Assembly: GCA_963786395.1 (NCBI GenBank)
Contig: CAWAZD010000014.1
Location: forward strand, 129,730-193,729
Direction of reading: 5' to 3'
DNA length: 64,000 nt
Source: an uncultured Ignavibacteriales bacterium
GTDB lineage: Bacteria; Bacteroidota; Ignavibacteria; Ignavibacteriales; Ignavibacteriaceae
Below the pieces are notes generated by a model, which searched no databases, had not been told where the DNA came from, and saw only the letters and a list, made by a program, of their open reading frames with translations. The number at the start of each line of letters is the position of its first letter. Within the stretch, counting starts at the first letter, position 1. A program made the translations under genes and the position numbers. Below, one piece after another: positions 1-8,737 of the stretch.

Positions 1-350
1 CGATTGCTGATGAAGTGTATTGCGCAACCTGGGTATTGTACGATAATGTCAACGGAATTGCGGGGAATGAAAGCACGACATTTGGTACGGTCACCGGTAA
101 AAATCAAACAGGTGTTGTAAACTGTACTACCTCAAATATTCCTTCAAAACTCATTAACCTTGAGAATACAAATCTTATTCCACGAGTTTTTATTTATGAT
201 CATCCATTCCTTGATTTTTTCAAAAGCCAAAACCTTAACCAGGTATCTGATGCAATTTTTGGACAGACGGGTTCTCAGGTTATATGGAATGTAAAAGGGG
301 ACGGCATAGGGTTATTTATTGGCAGGCTGGATAGTTTAATTATAAATTAA
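1..350 (+). CDS. C-terminal fragment of a hypothetical protein (gene starts upstream of the window)
   Basis: The frame of ORF 15..350 has no stop back to base 3. The first M in the ORF track is a GTG. No recognisable motif. Confidence 0.35.
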   Translation, partial: IADEVYCATWVLYDNVNGIAGNESTTFGTVTGKNQTGVVNCTTSNIPSKLINLENTNLIPRVFIYDHPFLDFFKSQNLNQVSDAIFGQTGSQVIWNVKGDGIGLFIGRLDSLIIN

Positions 351-525
351 TGACAAGAACAACAACCCCCCGCCCAAAGGGCGACCCTCTTTTATAAGGG
401 GGAATTTAATTAATCAGAATTACAAGCGGCAGGATGGGGATGACAAAATAAGTTCTGACGAATGGCTTCAGGAAATGGTTCCTGACGCCCCAGCAAATCA
501 TTTTTGAGATTATAAATTAAGAAAT

Positions 526-550
526 GGATTCCCGCTTTCGCGGGAATGAC
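526..550. repeat. Palindromic repeat module E (GGATTCCCGC-TTTC-GCGGGAATGAC)
   Basis: Hairpin-forming 25-mer. The same family recurs at 6351, 6389, 6672, 7827, 7977, 8303, 43685, 44473 and 50018. Confidence 0.8.
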
Positions 551-580
551 AAAATAAATAGGGGAATGTCAATGATAATG

Positions 581-1810
581 TTATTTACCACCGATATATT
601 CTGAAACTCCGGTACCTGTACACCATTTATTCTGGTCGCGGTCAATTGAAACTGATATCAGTGAATTATCGGGCAATCCCGAATTGATAGTTGTATAAAT
701 TCTCCATCCTCTATTAAAATATTTTGCAAGTCCTGATTCTGATGTTACCCAGACGGCATTCTTATTATCAAAAGCAAAATCAGTTACTAAACTTCCCGGG
801 AAACCTGAATTATATCTATTAATATTAGACCACTTTGAATCTTTAAAGTAACTTAGACCGCCCGTTCCATTATCACCTATAAGCGGACTTCCTGTACCTA
901 CATATAACATTCCAGTATTATCAAATTTAATTGAACTGATGTAGTCATCAGAAAGCCCGGAATTAAAACTCGAATATACTGTCCAGATAAAGTTTTCATA
1001 TTTGATTATTCCTGCTCCCCACGTACCAACCCATAAAGCATTATTCGCGTCTACAGCAAGAGCTGAAATATTATCGGAAGAAAGTCCTGAATTTAACTTG
1101 TTGTATGACTTAAACGAGACACCATCAAACCTTAATAATCCAGAGGCGGTTCCAGCCCACACATTATTATTATGATCAATAGTAAGCGCGGTAATATTTT
1201 CATCTTCTATTTGTGAATTTGCAGAATTATATACCTTCCAGCCGGAGCCATCAAATCTGGCGAATCCATGATCTGTTCCTACCCAGATTGCATTATTGTC
1301 TATATATATATCATTAATCGTATTGCCGGGTAAGCCCGAGTTTGAATTATTATAAACGGTAAAAGAACTGCCGTCAAATTTTATTAGACCATTGTTTGTA
1401 GTACCAATCCATTTAATGTCAGATTTATCCACCCTTATTTTTGTCAGGTTGGTATTGGGTAAAGTACTGTTATGTGGCGTATAGATTTTCCACCAGTATT
1501 TAGGATCTTCTCTGAGTTCAACATAAATCGAATCCTCAACATTTCGTTTGAGCAGATAGTTTATCGTAGTATCAAGATAATTCTGCCGCTTCAAATCAAA
1601 TTTATAAAACCCCGGTTCAAGATCGGAAACTATAAAAGGGGTTACATTTCCTGCGAGCTGGTTATTAAAATAAATTGTAGCGCTATCAGGGCTCGTATAT
1701 AAGGCAACTTCGCTTTTCGTTAACCCGGGAACAACAGGCGGAACATCTTTACAGGAAATAAATTGAAGTACAATGAAAATTGTAATTAGAGCTAAATATA
1801 TTTTTTTCAT
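581..1810 (-). CDS. Lipoprotein with a PEGA-like N-terminal domain and Reg_prop-like beta-propeller repeats
   Basis: Signal peptide with a lipobox-like LQFISC. PEGA-like segment ATIYFNNQLAGNVTPFIVSDLEPGFYKF. About eight repeats of the pattern W[VA]GT..G[LF]..F.G. The ATG at 1810 overlaps the gdh stop (ATGA). Confidence 0.6.
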   Translation of the reverse strand: MKKIYLALITIFIVLQFISCKDVPPVVPGLTKSEVALYTSPDSATIYFNNQLAGNVTPFIVSDLEPGFYKFDLKRQNYLDTTINYLLKRNVEDSIYVELREDPKYWWKIYTPHNSTLPNTNLTKIRVDKSDIKWIGTTNNGLIKFDGSSFTVYNNSNSGLPGNTINDIYIDNNAIWVGTDHGFARFDGSGWKVYNSANSQIEDENITALTIDHNNNVWAGTASGLLRFDGVSFKSYNKLNSGLSSDNISALAVDANNALWVGTWGAGIIKYENFIWTVYSSFNSGLSDDYISSIKFDNTGMLYVGTGSPLIGDNGTGGLSYFKDSKWSNINRYNSGFPGSLVTDFAFDNKNAVWVTSESGLAKYFNRGWRIYTTINSGLPDNSLISVSIDRDQNKWCTGTGVSEYIGGK

Positions 1811-3054
1811 ACCCATCCGCGTAATTTACATGCCTCTGCTACTTTTGCAACACCCACTACCATTGCCGCCAGTCTTGGATGGACTTTCTTTTCCTTGACT
1901 GCCTCATGAACGCGGTGATATGCTTTTGTTAATTTCTGATCAAGTCTTTTATGCACAACGTCTTCTTCCCAGAAATATGAATATTTATCCTGTACCATTT
2001 CGAAATAAGACACAGTTACTCCACCGGCGCTTGCCAGTATATCGGGTATAACATGAATACCCTTTTTGCTTAAAATAATATCCGCATCGGGAGTAGTAGG
2101 ACCGTTTGCTAGTTCACATACAATCCGTGCCTTTATGTTATCGGCATTTGCTCCTGAAATTGCATTTTCAAGAGCCGCAGGATACAATATATTTACATCA
2201 AGTTCAAGAATATTATCGTGTGAAATGGATTTAGATCCCGGAAAATTTATTACACTTCCCGTTTTCAGTTTATGCTGCACTAATTCCTTCGAATCAAATC
2301 CGGCGGCATTGAAAATAGCACCCCGGGAATCACTTACGGCAATTAATTTACCTCCGCCAAGCAGTTCATGATGAAGCAGGGCGGCACGCTGACCCGCGTT
2401 TCCGAATCCCTGAATTGCGAATTTACCAAGCGGATCAACTCCAAGTAATTTACATGCTTCCTTTACAGTAATTACGCCTCCTCTTGCGGTGGCGTCTCTT
2501 CTTCCTTCCGTTCCTCCGATCTGCTGAGGTTTATCGGTAAACACTCCGGGCTGGTGCATATGAATAATGGTTTCATATTCATCCATCATCCATGCCATTG
2601 TTTGCGGGTTCGTGTAAACATCAGGCGCCGGAATATCTGAATTAACTCCTATAAACTGCGATATACCCCGGATATATCCTCTCGATAAATTTTCCAGTTC
2701 TCTCTCAGACATTGATTTTGGATTACACACTACTCCACCTTTACCGCCGCCAAGCGGAATATCTACTACTGCGGTTTTCCATGTCATCCATCCGGCTAAA
2801 GCTCTTATCGTATCAACAGTTTCATCAGGATGGAATCTAATACCTCCTTTGGCAGGACCTCTGGCTGTATTGTATTGAATCCTGTAAGCATGAAAAATTT
2901 TCACTTTCCCGTTGTCAAGTTTTACCGGGATGGTAAATTTAATCTCTCTCTGAGGCCAAATTAAAAGTTCAATAGTAGCTTCATCAAGGTTAAGAATTTT
3001 CGCGGCTTCAAGAATCTGCTGCTGCGCGACTCTGAATGAATTATATGATTCCAT
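1807..3054 (-). CDS. gdh: Glutamate dehydrogenase (Glu/Leu/Phe/Val dehydrogenase family, about 415 aa class)
   Basis: Signatures KGGIRFHP, IPLGGGKGGV (catalytic Lys loop) and the Rossmann motif QGFGNAGQ. The ATG is at 3054; the ORF-track first M is a TTG at 3057. Confidence 0.9.
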   Translation of the reverse strand: MESYNSFRVAQQQILEAAKILNLDEATIELLIWPQREIKFTIPVKLDNGKVKIFHAYRIQYNTARGPAKGGIRFHPDETVDTIRALAGWMTWKTAVVDIPLGGGKGGVVCNPKSMSERELENLSRGYIRGISQFIGVNSDIPAPDVYTNPQTMAWMMDEYETIIHMHQPGVFTDKPQQIGGTEGRRDATARGGVITVKEACKLLGVDPLGKFAIQGFGNAGQRAALLHHELLGGGKLIAVSDSRGAIFNAAGFDSKELVQHKLKTGSVINFPGSKSISHDNILELDVNILYPAALENAISGANADNIKARIVCELANGPTTPDADIILSKKGIHVIPDILASAGGVTVSYFEMVQDKYSYFWEEDVVHKRLDQKLTKAYHRVHEAVKEKKVHPRLAAMVVGVAKVAEACKLRGWV

Positions 3055-3254
3055 CAATCATTTTTTCCTATATCTGAATCTTTTATAGTTGGTTGTTCTT
3101 TATCGTACACATCTAAAAGTATCCTGTACCAGCAGTTCCGGCAGGTTAACGCACGGTCAACTCCCAGTAACACCTGCTGCCACGGGCTTAGCTTGTGCCC
3201 GCAATGAGGGCATGTGTCAAATATCTTTATTCTTTCCGGTTCTTTTGGACTCAA
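3054..3254 (-). CDS. Small 4-Cys zinc-ribbon protein
   Basis: 66 aa with two CxxC pairs (CPHC ... CRNC). The TTG start overlaps the upstream stop (TTGA), and its stop overlaps the gdh ATG (TGATG). Confidence 0.5.
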   Translation of the reverse strand: MSPKEPERIKIFDTCPHCGHKLSPWQQVLLGVDRALTCRNCWYRILLDVYDKEQPTIKDSDIGKND

Positions 3255-6200
3255 GTTATCTCCGGCTTTAAAATTACACCTTTATTCTTCTGTCCGTTCA
3301 TTTTAATTATGACTGGTTTCGAAAATTGTAAATGCTTTGTCAATGTCATCGATTCAACCGGCGTTTGTTTAAGCAGCCAGTTCCAGTTAATATATCCAAG
3401 GTCGTTCTGCGGATTTATTGTAAAATAACCTACCATAAAAGAAGTAATATTCTGGAAGAAATGCGAGCCCTGGGAGGGCGCTACAGCCATTTCTTTAAAC
3501 CCGGTTTCAATTATTGCTTTGGCGCCGGCTATCATTTCCCAGTTAACGGGTATACCTAACCAGGGATCAAGAGAACCCCACCTTCCAACACCAATAAGCA
3601 GGTACGGTCTTTTTTCCGCCATTAGTTTATTATTGAATAATCCCACTTCCTTTGCCACATCTCTGCTCTTTGATCTTTCAAACAAATGATAGTCAACAAG
3701 GACAATATCATAGATGTCTTTAATTATTCCGTTTCCTAAAACCTGCTGGCTCTGGCAGATAATATCTTCTTCTTTATAATCCTCAATATTCAGTTCTTCA
3801 AGTTCCCTGTTAACAACAAGGGGTCTCATCTGCAGTAATCCGAATTCCTTTGGAGCGCCGGGTTCAGTCTGAAGATTAACCGCGAACTCAATCTCAACGG
3901 GCGTTCCCATTCCCCATGTTCCCATATCAAGAAGCAGGTCTAGGATTTCAGGAAGCGGGAATAATTTATTTCTTAAAATAGGACCGAAAGTAACTACGCG
4001 TAATCCGTTCCTTGATAAACCATCATAGATTGCGTAGTTATCATGAATATAAGTTGAGCCAACCGGCGATAGAGTTCCATCTGACTCAGCCGTAGTTAAA
4101 TCAAATTGCTGTACTAACATATCATGCGTAACATAACCAAAGTCGGCATCACCATCCAGCATTAACGCGTAAAAATTTCTCTGACTGGTATCTAATGATT
4201 CCTCAACTGAATAAAACTGTATAAGGTCAGTGGGATATTTTGGACAGAAGCGCACAGTATTGCCGCCGTCAACAACTGTTTTACCCAACCCCAATGCTAC
4301 TGATACAATTCCGTCCTCCTGTTTTTGCGGTGGATGAGGATAAAAATTATACGATTTGGCTACACCCGAAAAGTCAGGATAAAATCTGTTATCATGATGG
4401 AAGCCCACCATCTTCTGAATTATAACAGCCATCTTTTCTTCTTCAAGACGATAAGAAGTTATTTTTATATAGTTCTTAGTGTTCTGATAAAATGTTGAAG
4501 CGAATACTCTTTTAATTGTATTAAGAAGCTGCCCTAACCTGATAAGTTTATTATGATGATTATTTGGCAGCATGTATGTCTGGTAAACGCCGGCAAAGGG
4601 ATGGTATTGTGAATCTTCCAAAAGACTGGAAGACCTGACAGCCAAAGGAGAGTGAATTATATCAAGAAACGCTGCAAGTTCGCCTAAAACATCTTCAGGA
4701 AATTTTTCAGCGTCAAGGAACCTTCTTGTAATCTCTTCATCATCATTGCAGTTTAACGCGAACTTCCTCAGATTATTTTCATCTATAAACTGGTCAAACA
4801 CATCAGTGCCAACAACTACAGCGGGGGGGACTTTGATCTGAATATCTTCAAACTTATCGCCGACATTGTAATTATTAATTAATGTATTCACAAAACCCAA
4901 ACCGCGGGCTTTACCGCCCAATGAACCGCCGCCTATCCTGGCAAAGCTTGATGTTGGATCGAAGGTCTCCTTTACAAAATCAGTAATTAATCCGCGCTGT
5001 CTTAAATGCCTGTACCCGTTAAGTGAATATATCAAGTCCTTTCGTAATCCTTCAACAGATTTATAATCTGATACTTTTCTTGGACGTAACTGGTGAGCAA
5101 GCCAGAATTCTGTTCTTGCCTTAAGCCAGTTGGAGAAATGATTTTTTTCCGCATGATATCTTATGCTTTCGTCCGGCACTACCGCAAGCTGTTCCTCAAG
5201 AGTTCTTAGATCCGCAGCCCTACCGACTTCCATTCCCTCGGGTGTTCTGAAAACAAAATCACCGAAACTGAAATAATAGTTCATGAACAACCGCAATTCA
5301 TTCAACAGGGTAGGGGATTCCTTCATAATGAATGACACATTTATATCGGCAGCCTTTCTGCTGTTTTCCTCAACATTTGAAAGAAGTAAAATAGGGATAT
5401 CGCTATGTTCCTTTTTAACTTCTTTGGCAAACTTAATACCTGCCTGCGGGTCATTTATTCCTTTATGTGGAAAATCAATATCGGAAATAATTCCTAATAT
5501 AAATTCTTTGTAGCGCGTATAATAATCCCATGCCTCTTCATAATTCAGACATAAAAGTATTTTGGGTCTTGCGCGCATCCTGAGGAATTTATGAGATAGA
5601 TTTATTCCTTCTGAAATTAACCTCTGCGATTGGTTTAGAATCTCTGTATAGATTATTGGCAGGAACGAGGAATAATATCTTATGTTGTCTTCAATTACTA
5701 TTACGGTTTGAACTCCCACCATTCTTGTATCGTGGTCTACATTCAGGAGATCCTCAAAATATTTTACTATCGCGATTATTATTCTGAAGTCGCCTTGCCA
5801 GATAAATATTTTATCAAATACATTATGGTCTTTGCTTGCAAGCAGGAGGTTCAATTCTTTATTGTCATGAGCCAGCAGGACTATGGGAATATTCAGTCCG
5901 GATTCCCGGATCATCTTCGCGAATACAACCGGGGGCATATCTTCTATATGAAGAGTGGTAATAATAAGATCAAAACGATGCTCTTCTTTAGCAAGCGCTA
6001 TTGCCTCGCTTCCGCTGCTTACCCTTGTCAGTTCGGGTGAATGACTTAAATTTAAACCCTGGTATTCATTTCTGATAAGTTCGTATAGGCGTCCATCCTC
6101 TTCAAACAAATACAAATCGTACAGACTTGACACGAGGAGGATGTCTCGCACTCTGAGGCGCATGAGGTTTTGGAAACCCTGGAACCGGTTACCATAACCG

Positions 6201-6256
6201 TGTTCCACCCACAGTGCGTCAAAATCATTCTTTATGTCATCAAAATTGGATTTCAT
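3251..6256 (-). CDS. Receiver-domain protein fused to a PPDK/PEP-synthase N-terminal (ATP-grasp, PEP/pyruvate-binding) domain; function unknown
   Basis: A degenerate receiver (ILLVSSLYD) is followed by a second receiver-like domain (VIVIEDN ... IISDIDFP). PPDK_N signatures follow: GGGSLGGKARGLGF, LAVRSSSLLEDS, FAGVYQT. I see no GGxTSHAAI swivel motif. A paralog lies at 32649..35627. Confidence 0.75.
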   Translation of the reverse strand: MKSNFDDIKNDFDALWVEHGYGNRFQGFQNLMRLRVRDILLVSSLYDLYLFEEDGRLYELIRNEYQGLNLSHSPELTRVSSGSEAIALAKEEHRFDLIITTLHIEDMPPVVFAKMIRESGLNIPIVLLAHDNKELNLLLASKDHNVFDKIFIWQGDFRIIIAIVKYFEDLLNVDHDTRMVGVQTVIVIEDNIRYYSSFLPIIYTEILNQSQRLISEGINLSHKFLRMRARPKILLCLNYEEAWDYYTRYKEFILGIISDIDFPHKGINDPQAGIKFAKEVKKEHSDIPILLLSNVEENSRKAADINVSFIMKESPTLLNELRLFMNYYFSFGDFVFRTPEGMEVGRAADLRTLEEQLAVVPDESIRYHAEKNHFSNWLKARTEFWLAHQLRPRKVSDYKSVEGLRKDLIYSLNGYRHLRQRGLITDFVKETFDPTSSFARIGGGSLGGKARGLGFVNTLINNYNVGDKFEDIQIKVPPAVVVGTDVFDQFIDENNLRKFALNCNDDEEITRRFLDAEKFPEDVLGELAAFLDIIHSPLAVRSSSLLEDSQYHPFAGVYQTYMLPNNHHNKLIRLGQLLNTIKRVFASTFYQNTKNYIKITSYRLEEEKMAVIIQKMVGFHHDNRFYPDFSGVAKSYNFYPHPPQKQEDGIVSVALGLGKTVVDGGNTVRFCPKYPTDLIQFYSVEESLDTSQRNFYALMLDGDADFGYVTHDMLVQQFDLTTAESDGTLSPVGSTYIHDNYAIYDGLSRNGLRVVTFGPILRNKLFPLPEILDLLLDMGTWGMGTPVEIEFAVNLQTEPGAPKEFGLLQMRPLVVNRELEELNIEDYKEEDIICQSQQVLGNGIIKDIYDIVLVDYHLFERSKSRDVAKEVGLFNNKLMAEKRPYLLIGVGRWGSLDPWLGIPVNWEMIAGAKAIIETGFKEMAVAPSQGSHFFQNITSFMVGYFTINPQNDLGYINWNWLLKQTPVESMTLTKHLQFSKPVIIKMNGQKNKGVILKPEIT

Positions 6257-6350
6257 GGTTTATTATTTAAATAACATCCTGTAACTTTTCAAATTTTTTA
6301 CTCAAAGTAAAGGACAATTATTCCCTGACTTCTCATCCCTGCTCAGAATT

Positions 6351-6375
6351 GTCATTCCCGCGAAAGCGGGAATCC
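6351..6375. repeat. Palindromic repeat module E
   Basis: GTCATTCCCGCGAAAGCGGGAATCC, a perfect hairpin. Confidence 0.8.
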
Positions 6376-6388
6376 CCTGAAATGTTTT

Positions 6389-6420
6389 GTCATCCCCGAC
6401 CGCAGTTAATCGGGGATCCC
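6389..6420. repeat. Palindromic repeat module E variant (longer loop)
   Basis: GTCATCCCCGACCGCAGTTAATCGGGGATCCC. Confidence 0.7.
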
Positions 6421-6490
6421 TTTATCTCATGTCTACCCAAATTGTTTTTTCCGGGGTGTCAGTGAACCTCACTATCCCCTTTACAATTTA

Positions 6491-6550
6491 ATGCCATAAA
6501 TGGCACAGTAAATTTTTACTTTATATATTACCCAGCCCTGAAGGGCTGGG
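6491..6550. repeat. Palindromic modules D (ATGCCATAAATGGCA) and B (CCCAGCCCTGAAGGGCTGGG)
   Basis: The same hairpin modules recur at 28428..28489 and 30305..30324. Confidence 0.7.
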
Positions 6551-6579
6551 CTAATTTAATTATTGTTATTATTCATTAG

Positions 6580-6732
6580 CCCAGGCATTTAGAGGCTGTG
6601 TGAATATTCTGAATTTATCATCTGGTTAAGAATTTCATATTTGAAATTTCTTTAATTTCAAATGATTTTATGGATTCCCGCCTTCGCGGGAATGACAATT
6701 TTAGATTTTCACACAGGCTCTTTATGCCTGGG
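6580..6732. mobile_element. MITE copy A: 129-bp core (6592..6720) with 13-bp terminal inverted repeats, TTTA duplication, inserted in the loop of palindrome A
   Basis: Left side reads CCCAGGCA-TTTA-GAGGCTGTGTGAA. Right side reads TTCACACAGGCTC-TTTA-TGCCTGGG. Removing the core plus one TTTA restores CCCAGGCATTTATGCCTGGG. The core is the exact reverse complement of 43661..43789. Confidence 0.8.
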
Positions 6733-6763
6733 ATTAAAATAAATAATAAATGTGTTATAAGGG

Positions 6764-7723
6764 TTATTTCATGCTTTCGAGTTCAGAAATGTCCTGAGCA
6801 GATAATATAACCTCTGCAGCTTTCATAACGCCGTCTACCTGGGTGGCATTTCTTGCGCCAACAATGGATGCAGTAACTGCGGGGTTTTTTAGTGTCCATG
6901 CTATTGCAATTTCACCCGCACTTCTATTATATTTTTTGCCAATAGTTTTAAGAGTTTCAGCGAGTTCAAGATTCTTAGATAATTTGGGTTCAAGGAAGTT
7001 CGCACTTTTACTGCGCCAGTCATCCTGAGAAAGATTTGCAGCCCTTTCTTTTGAGAAAGAACCGGTTAACAAACCTGAGCTCATAGGGGAATATACAATT
7101 ACGCCAATATTGTTCTTTTCACAGTATGGAAGGATCTCGGGTTCATAAGATCTGTTTATTAAATTGTAAGGGGGCTGCAATGATGTAACCGGAGCAATTT
7201 TCTGAGCACGTTTTATTTGTTCAACATTAAAATTGCAAACTCCGATAAATTTAACTTTACCTTCCTCTTTTAATTTAGCCATCATCTCCCATGCGGGTTC
7301 AATTTTATCATTATTATTTTTGGGAGGCCAGTGAATCTGGTATAGATCAATAGCGTCTATGTTCAATCTTTTCAAACTGCTTTCACATTCTTTGCGGATT
7401 GAATCAGGGTCGTGTGAAAGGGTAATATTTTTTTCATTATCCCAGATCATCGAACATTTTGTAAAGATATAAGGTTTGTTACCACTGTATCCCTTAAGGG
7501 CTTTTGCAACTACATCTTCGGAATGACCCAGTCCATATATGCGGGCAGTATCTATCCAATTAACTCCCATGTCAAGCGCGCGTGAGATTGCATTAACGGA
7601 TTCGTTATCCTCCTGGTGACCCCATCCGAATTCCCAGCCGGCTCCGCCAATTGCCCAGGCGCCAAAACCGACGGTAGTTATTTCTAAATCAGAGTTACCT
7701 AATATTTTTTTAATCACTTTCAT
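6764..7723 (-). CDS. Aldo/keto reductase
   Basis: AKR motifs GFGAWAIGG and IDTARIYGLGHSE. I prefer the start at MKVIKKIL (7723), because the longer ORF-track N-terminus runs into repeat module E at 7827. Confidence 0.85.
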   Translation of the reverse strand: MKVIKKILGNSDLEITTVGFGAWAIGGAGWEFGWGHQEDNESVNAISRALDMGVNWIDTARIYGLGHSEDVVAKALKGYSGNKPYIFTKCSMIWDNEKNITLSHDPDSIRKECESSLKRLNIDAIDLYQIHWPPKNNNDKIEPAWEMMAKLKEEGKVKFIGVCNFNVEQIKRAQKIAPVTSLQPPYNLINRSYEPEILPYCEKNNIGVIVYSPMSSGLLTGSFSKERAANLSQDDWRSKSANFLEPKLSKNLELAETLKTIGKKYNRSAGEIAIAWTLKNPAVTASIVGARNATQVDGVMKAAEVILSAQDISELESMK

Positions 7724-7826
7724 ACTCCTTGAAAAATTGTTCATATTTAAAATATCTTCAACATTAAAAATAGTTAAATAGCACATAAAATTGGGGTTTG
7801 AGTAATTGTCATCCCTGTGCTGACTT

Positions 7827-7856
7827 GTCATCATCCCCGCGAAAGCGGGGATCCCC
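7827..7856. repeat. Palindromic repeat module E
   Basis: GTCATCATCCCCGCGAAAGCGGGGATCCCC. Confidence 0.8.
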
Positions 7857-7976
7857 TTAATTGTATATACTCTAAATTGTTAACCCCTATTTGTAGGGGC
7901 TGATCTCCGTGTCCGCCCGATAAACGCCGGAGGCGTTCACCCTCATCCCGCAATGAGGGAAAACCCTGAATGTTTT

Positions 7977-8002
7977 GTCATCCCTGCGAAAGCGGGGATC
8001 CC
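7977..8002. repeat. Palindromic repeat module E
   Basis: GTCATCCCTGCGAAAGCGGGGATCCC. Confidence 0.8.
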
Positions 8003-8194
8003 TGAATAGTTCACACAATTACCTTTCGAATAGATTTTAAATGTGCTTTTAACCTGGTTCTGTGTCAGTTCCGTCTTGTTTCCGTCTTAGTTCTGTGTTA
8101 ATTGCAGGGGGTAGATTTCAGAAATTAAGAGGCGGGTTTTGATCATTTTTGAGAGCAAAAAAAAGTTGCCCCTCTGACTTATTATACATCCTTA

Positions 8195-8267
8195 CCCCTG
8201 TTTTCATGCACGTACCGGCTTATGCATGAAAATGGGGATGGGGATGTAGACAGCAGAATTGTAATAA
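8195..8267 (+). repeat. Left copy of a 62-bp direct repeat bracketing the R-M/kinase segment; also forms a 15-bp-stem hairpin
   Basis: 8206..8267 matches 15259..15320 at 57 of 62 positions by manual alignment. The arms CCCCTGTTTTCATGCA (8195..8210) and TGCATGAAAATGGGG (8223..8237) pair. Confidence 0.75.
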
Positions 8268-8302
8268 CACTCTCAATCATTTTATAATCTTTACCAAAGC
8301 CT

Positions 8303-8329
8303 GTCATCCCCGCGAAAGCTGGGATCCCC
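8303..8329. repeat. Palindromic repeat module E
   Basis: GTCATCCCCGCGAAAGCTGGGATCCCC. Confidence 0.75.
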
Positions 8330-8474
8330 TTATCTAACACATCCCTTGAAATATTTTGTCAATCTTCATTTCGCGAAGGATCGGCTTTGCCATCTTAAGG
8401 CCGTCTTAGTCCCCAACATTGTCCCGCCATTGTGCTAAGATTCAGCCCAAGTGATTAAAAAAAGATTATAAATA

Positions 8475-8554
8475 GGTCTTGTGGAGTCCTGAAAAAGGTC
8501 TTGCAGAGTCCTGAAAAGATCCTGCGGGGGTTATGAAAGTATCCTGAAATGATC
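8475..8554 (+). repeat. Tandem 21-22-bp repeat (about 3.5 units) with core TCCTGAAA
   Basis: GGTCTTGTGGAGTCCTGAAAAA / GGTCTTGCAGAGTCCTGAAAA / GATCCTGCGGGGGTTATGAAA / GTATCCTGAAATGATC. Confidence 0.65.
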
Positions 8555-8737
8555 ATTAAAAAAATGTTAGACTTAATCAAATGCTTTTTATAATTTGAAA
8601 GGTAATTTGTTTAATTATTGCGCAAATTGTGTGGGATCTAAAATTTTTTGTAATACAACACTTAAAAAGGTTGTTTTGGTTGGGAAGACAAACTTGTGGC
8701 AGTTAAGTAATACTACTAACAGAAAACAAACCATAAT

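Noticed and set aside
6592-6720. Invertible DNA switch (inverton) interpretation of the MITE
   Set aside because: The internal 129 bp is inverted between the two copies while the ends keep their polarity, which resembles an inverton. But the copies are at two different loci. Insertion in either orientation into a symmetric palindrome with a TTTA duplication explains the pattern fully.
7724-7834. N-terminal extension of the aldo/keto reductase ORF
   Set aside because: The extension runs into palindromic repeat module E (7827..7856) and has no AKR homology. The internal Met (MKVIKKIL) gives a normal-length enzyme.
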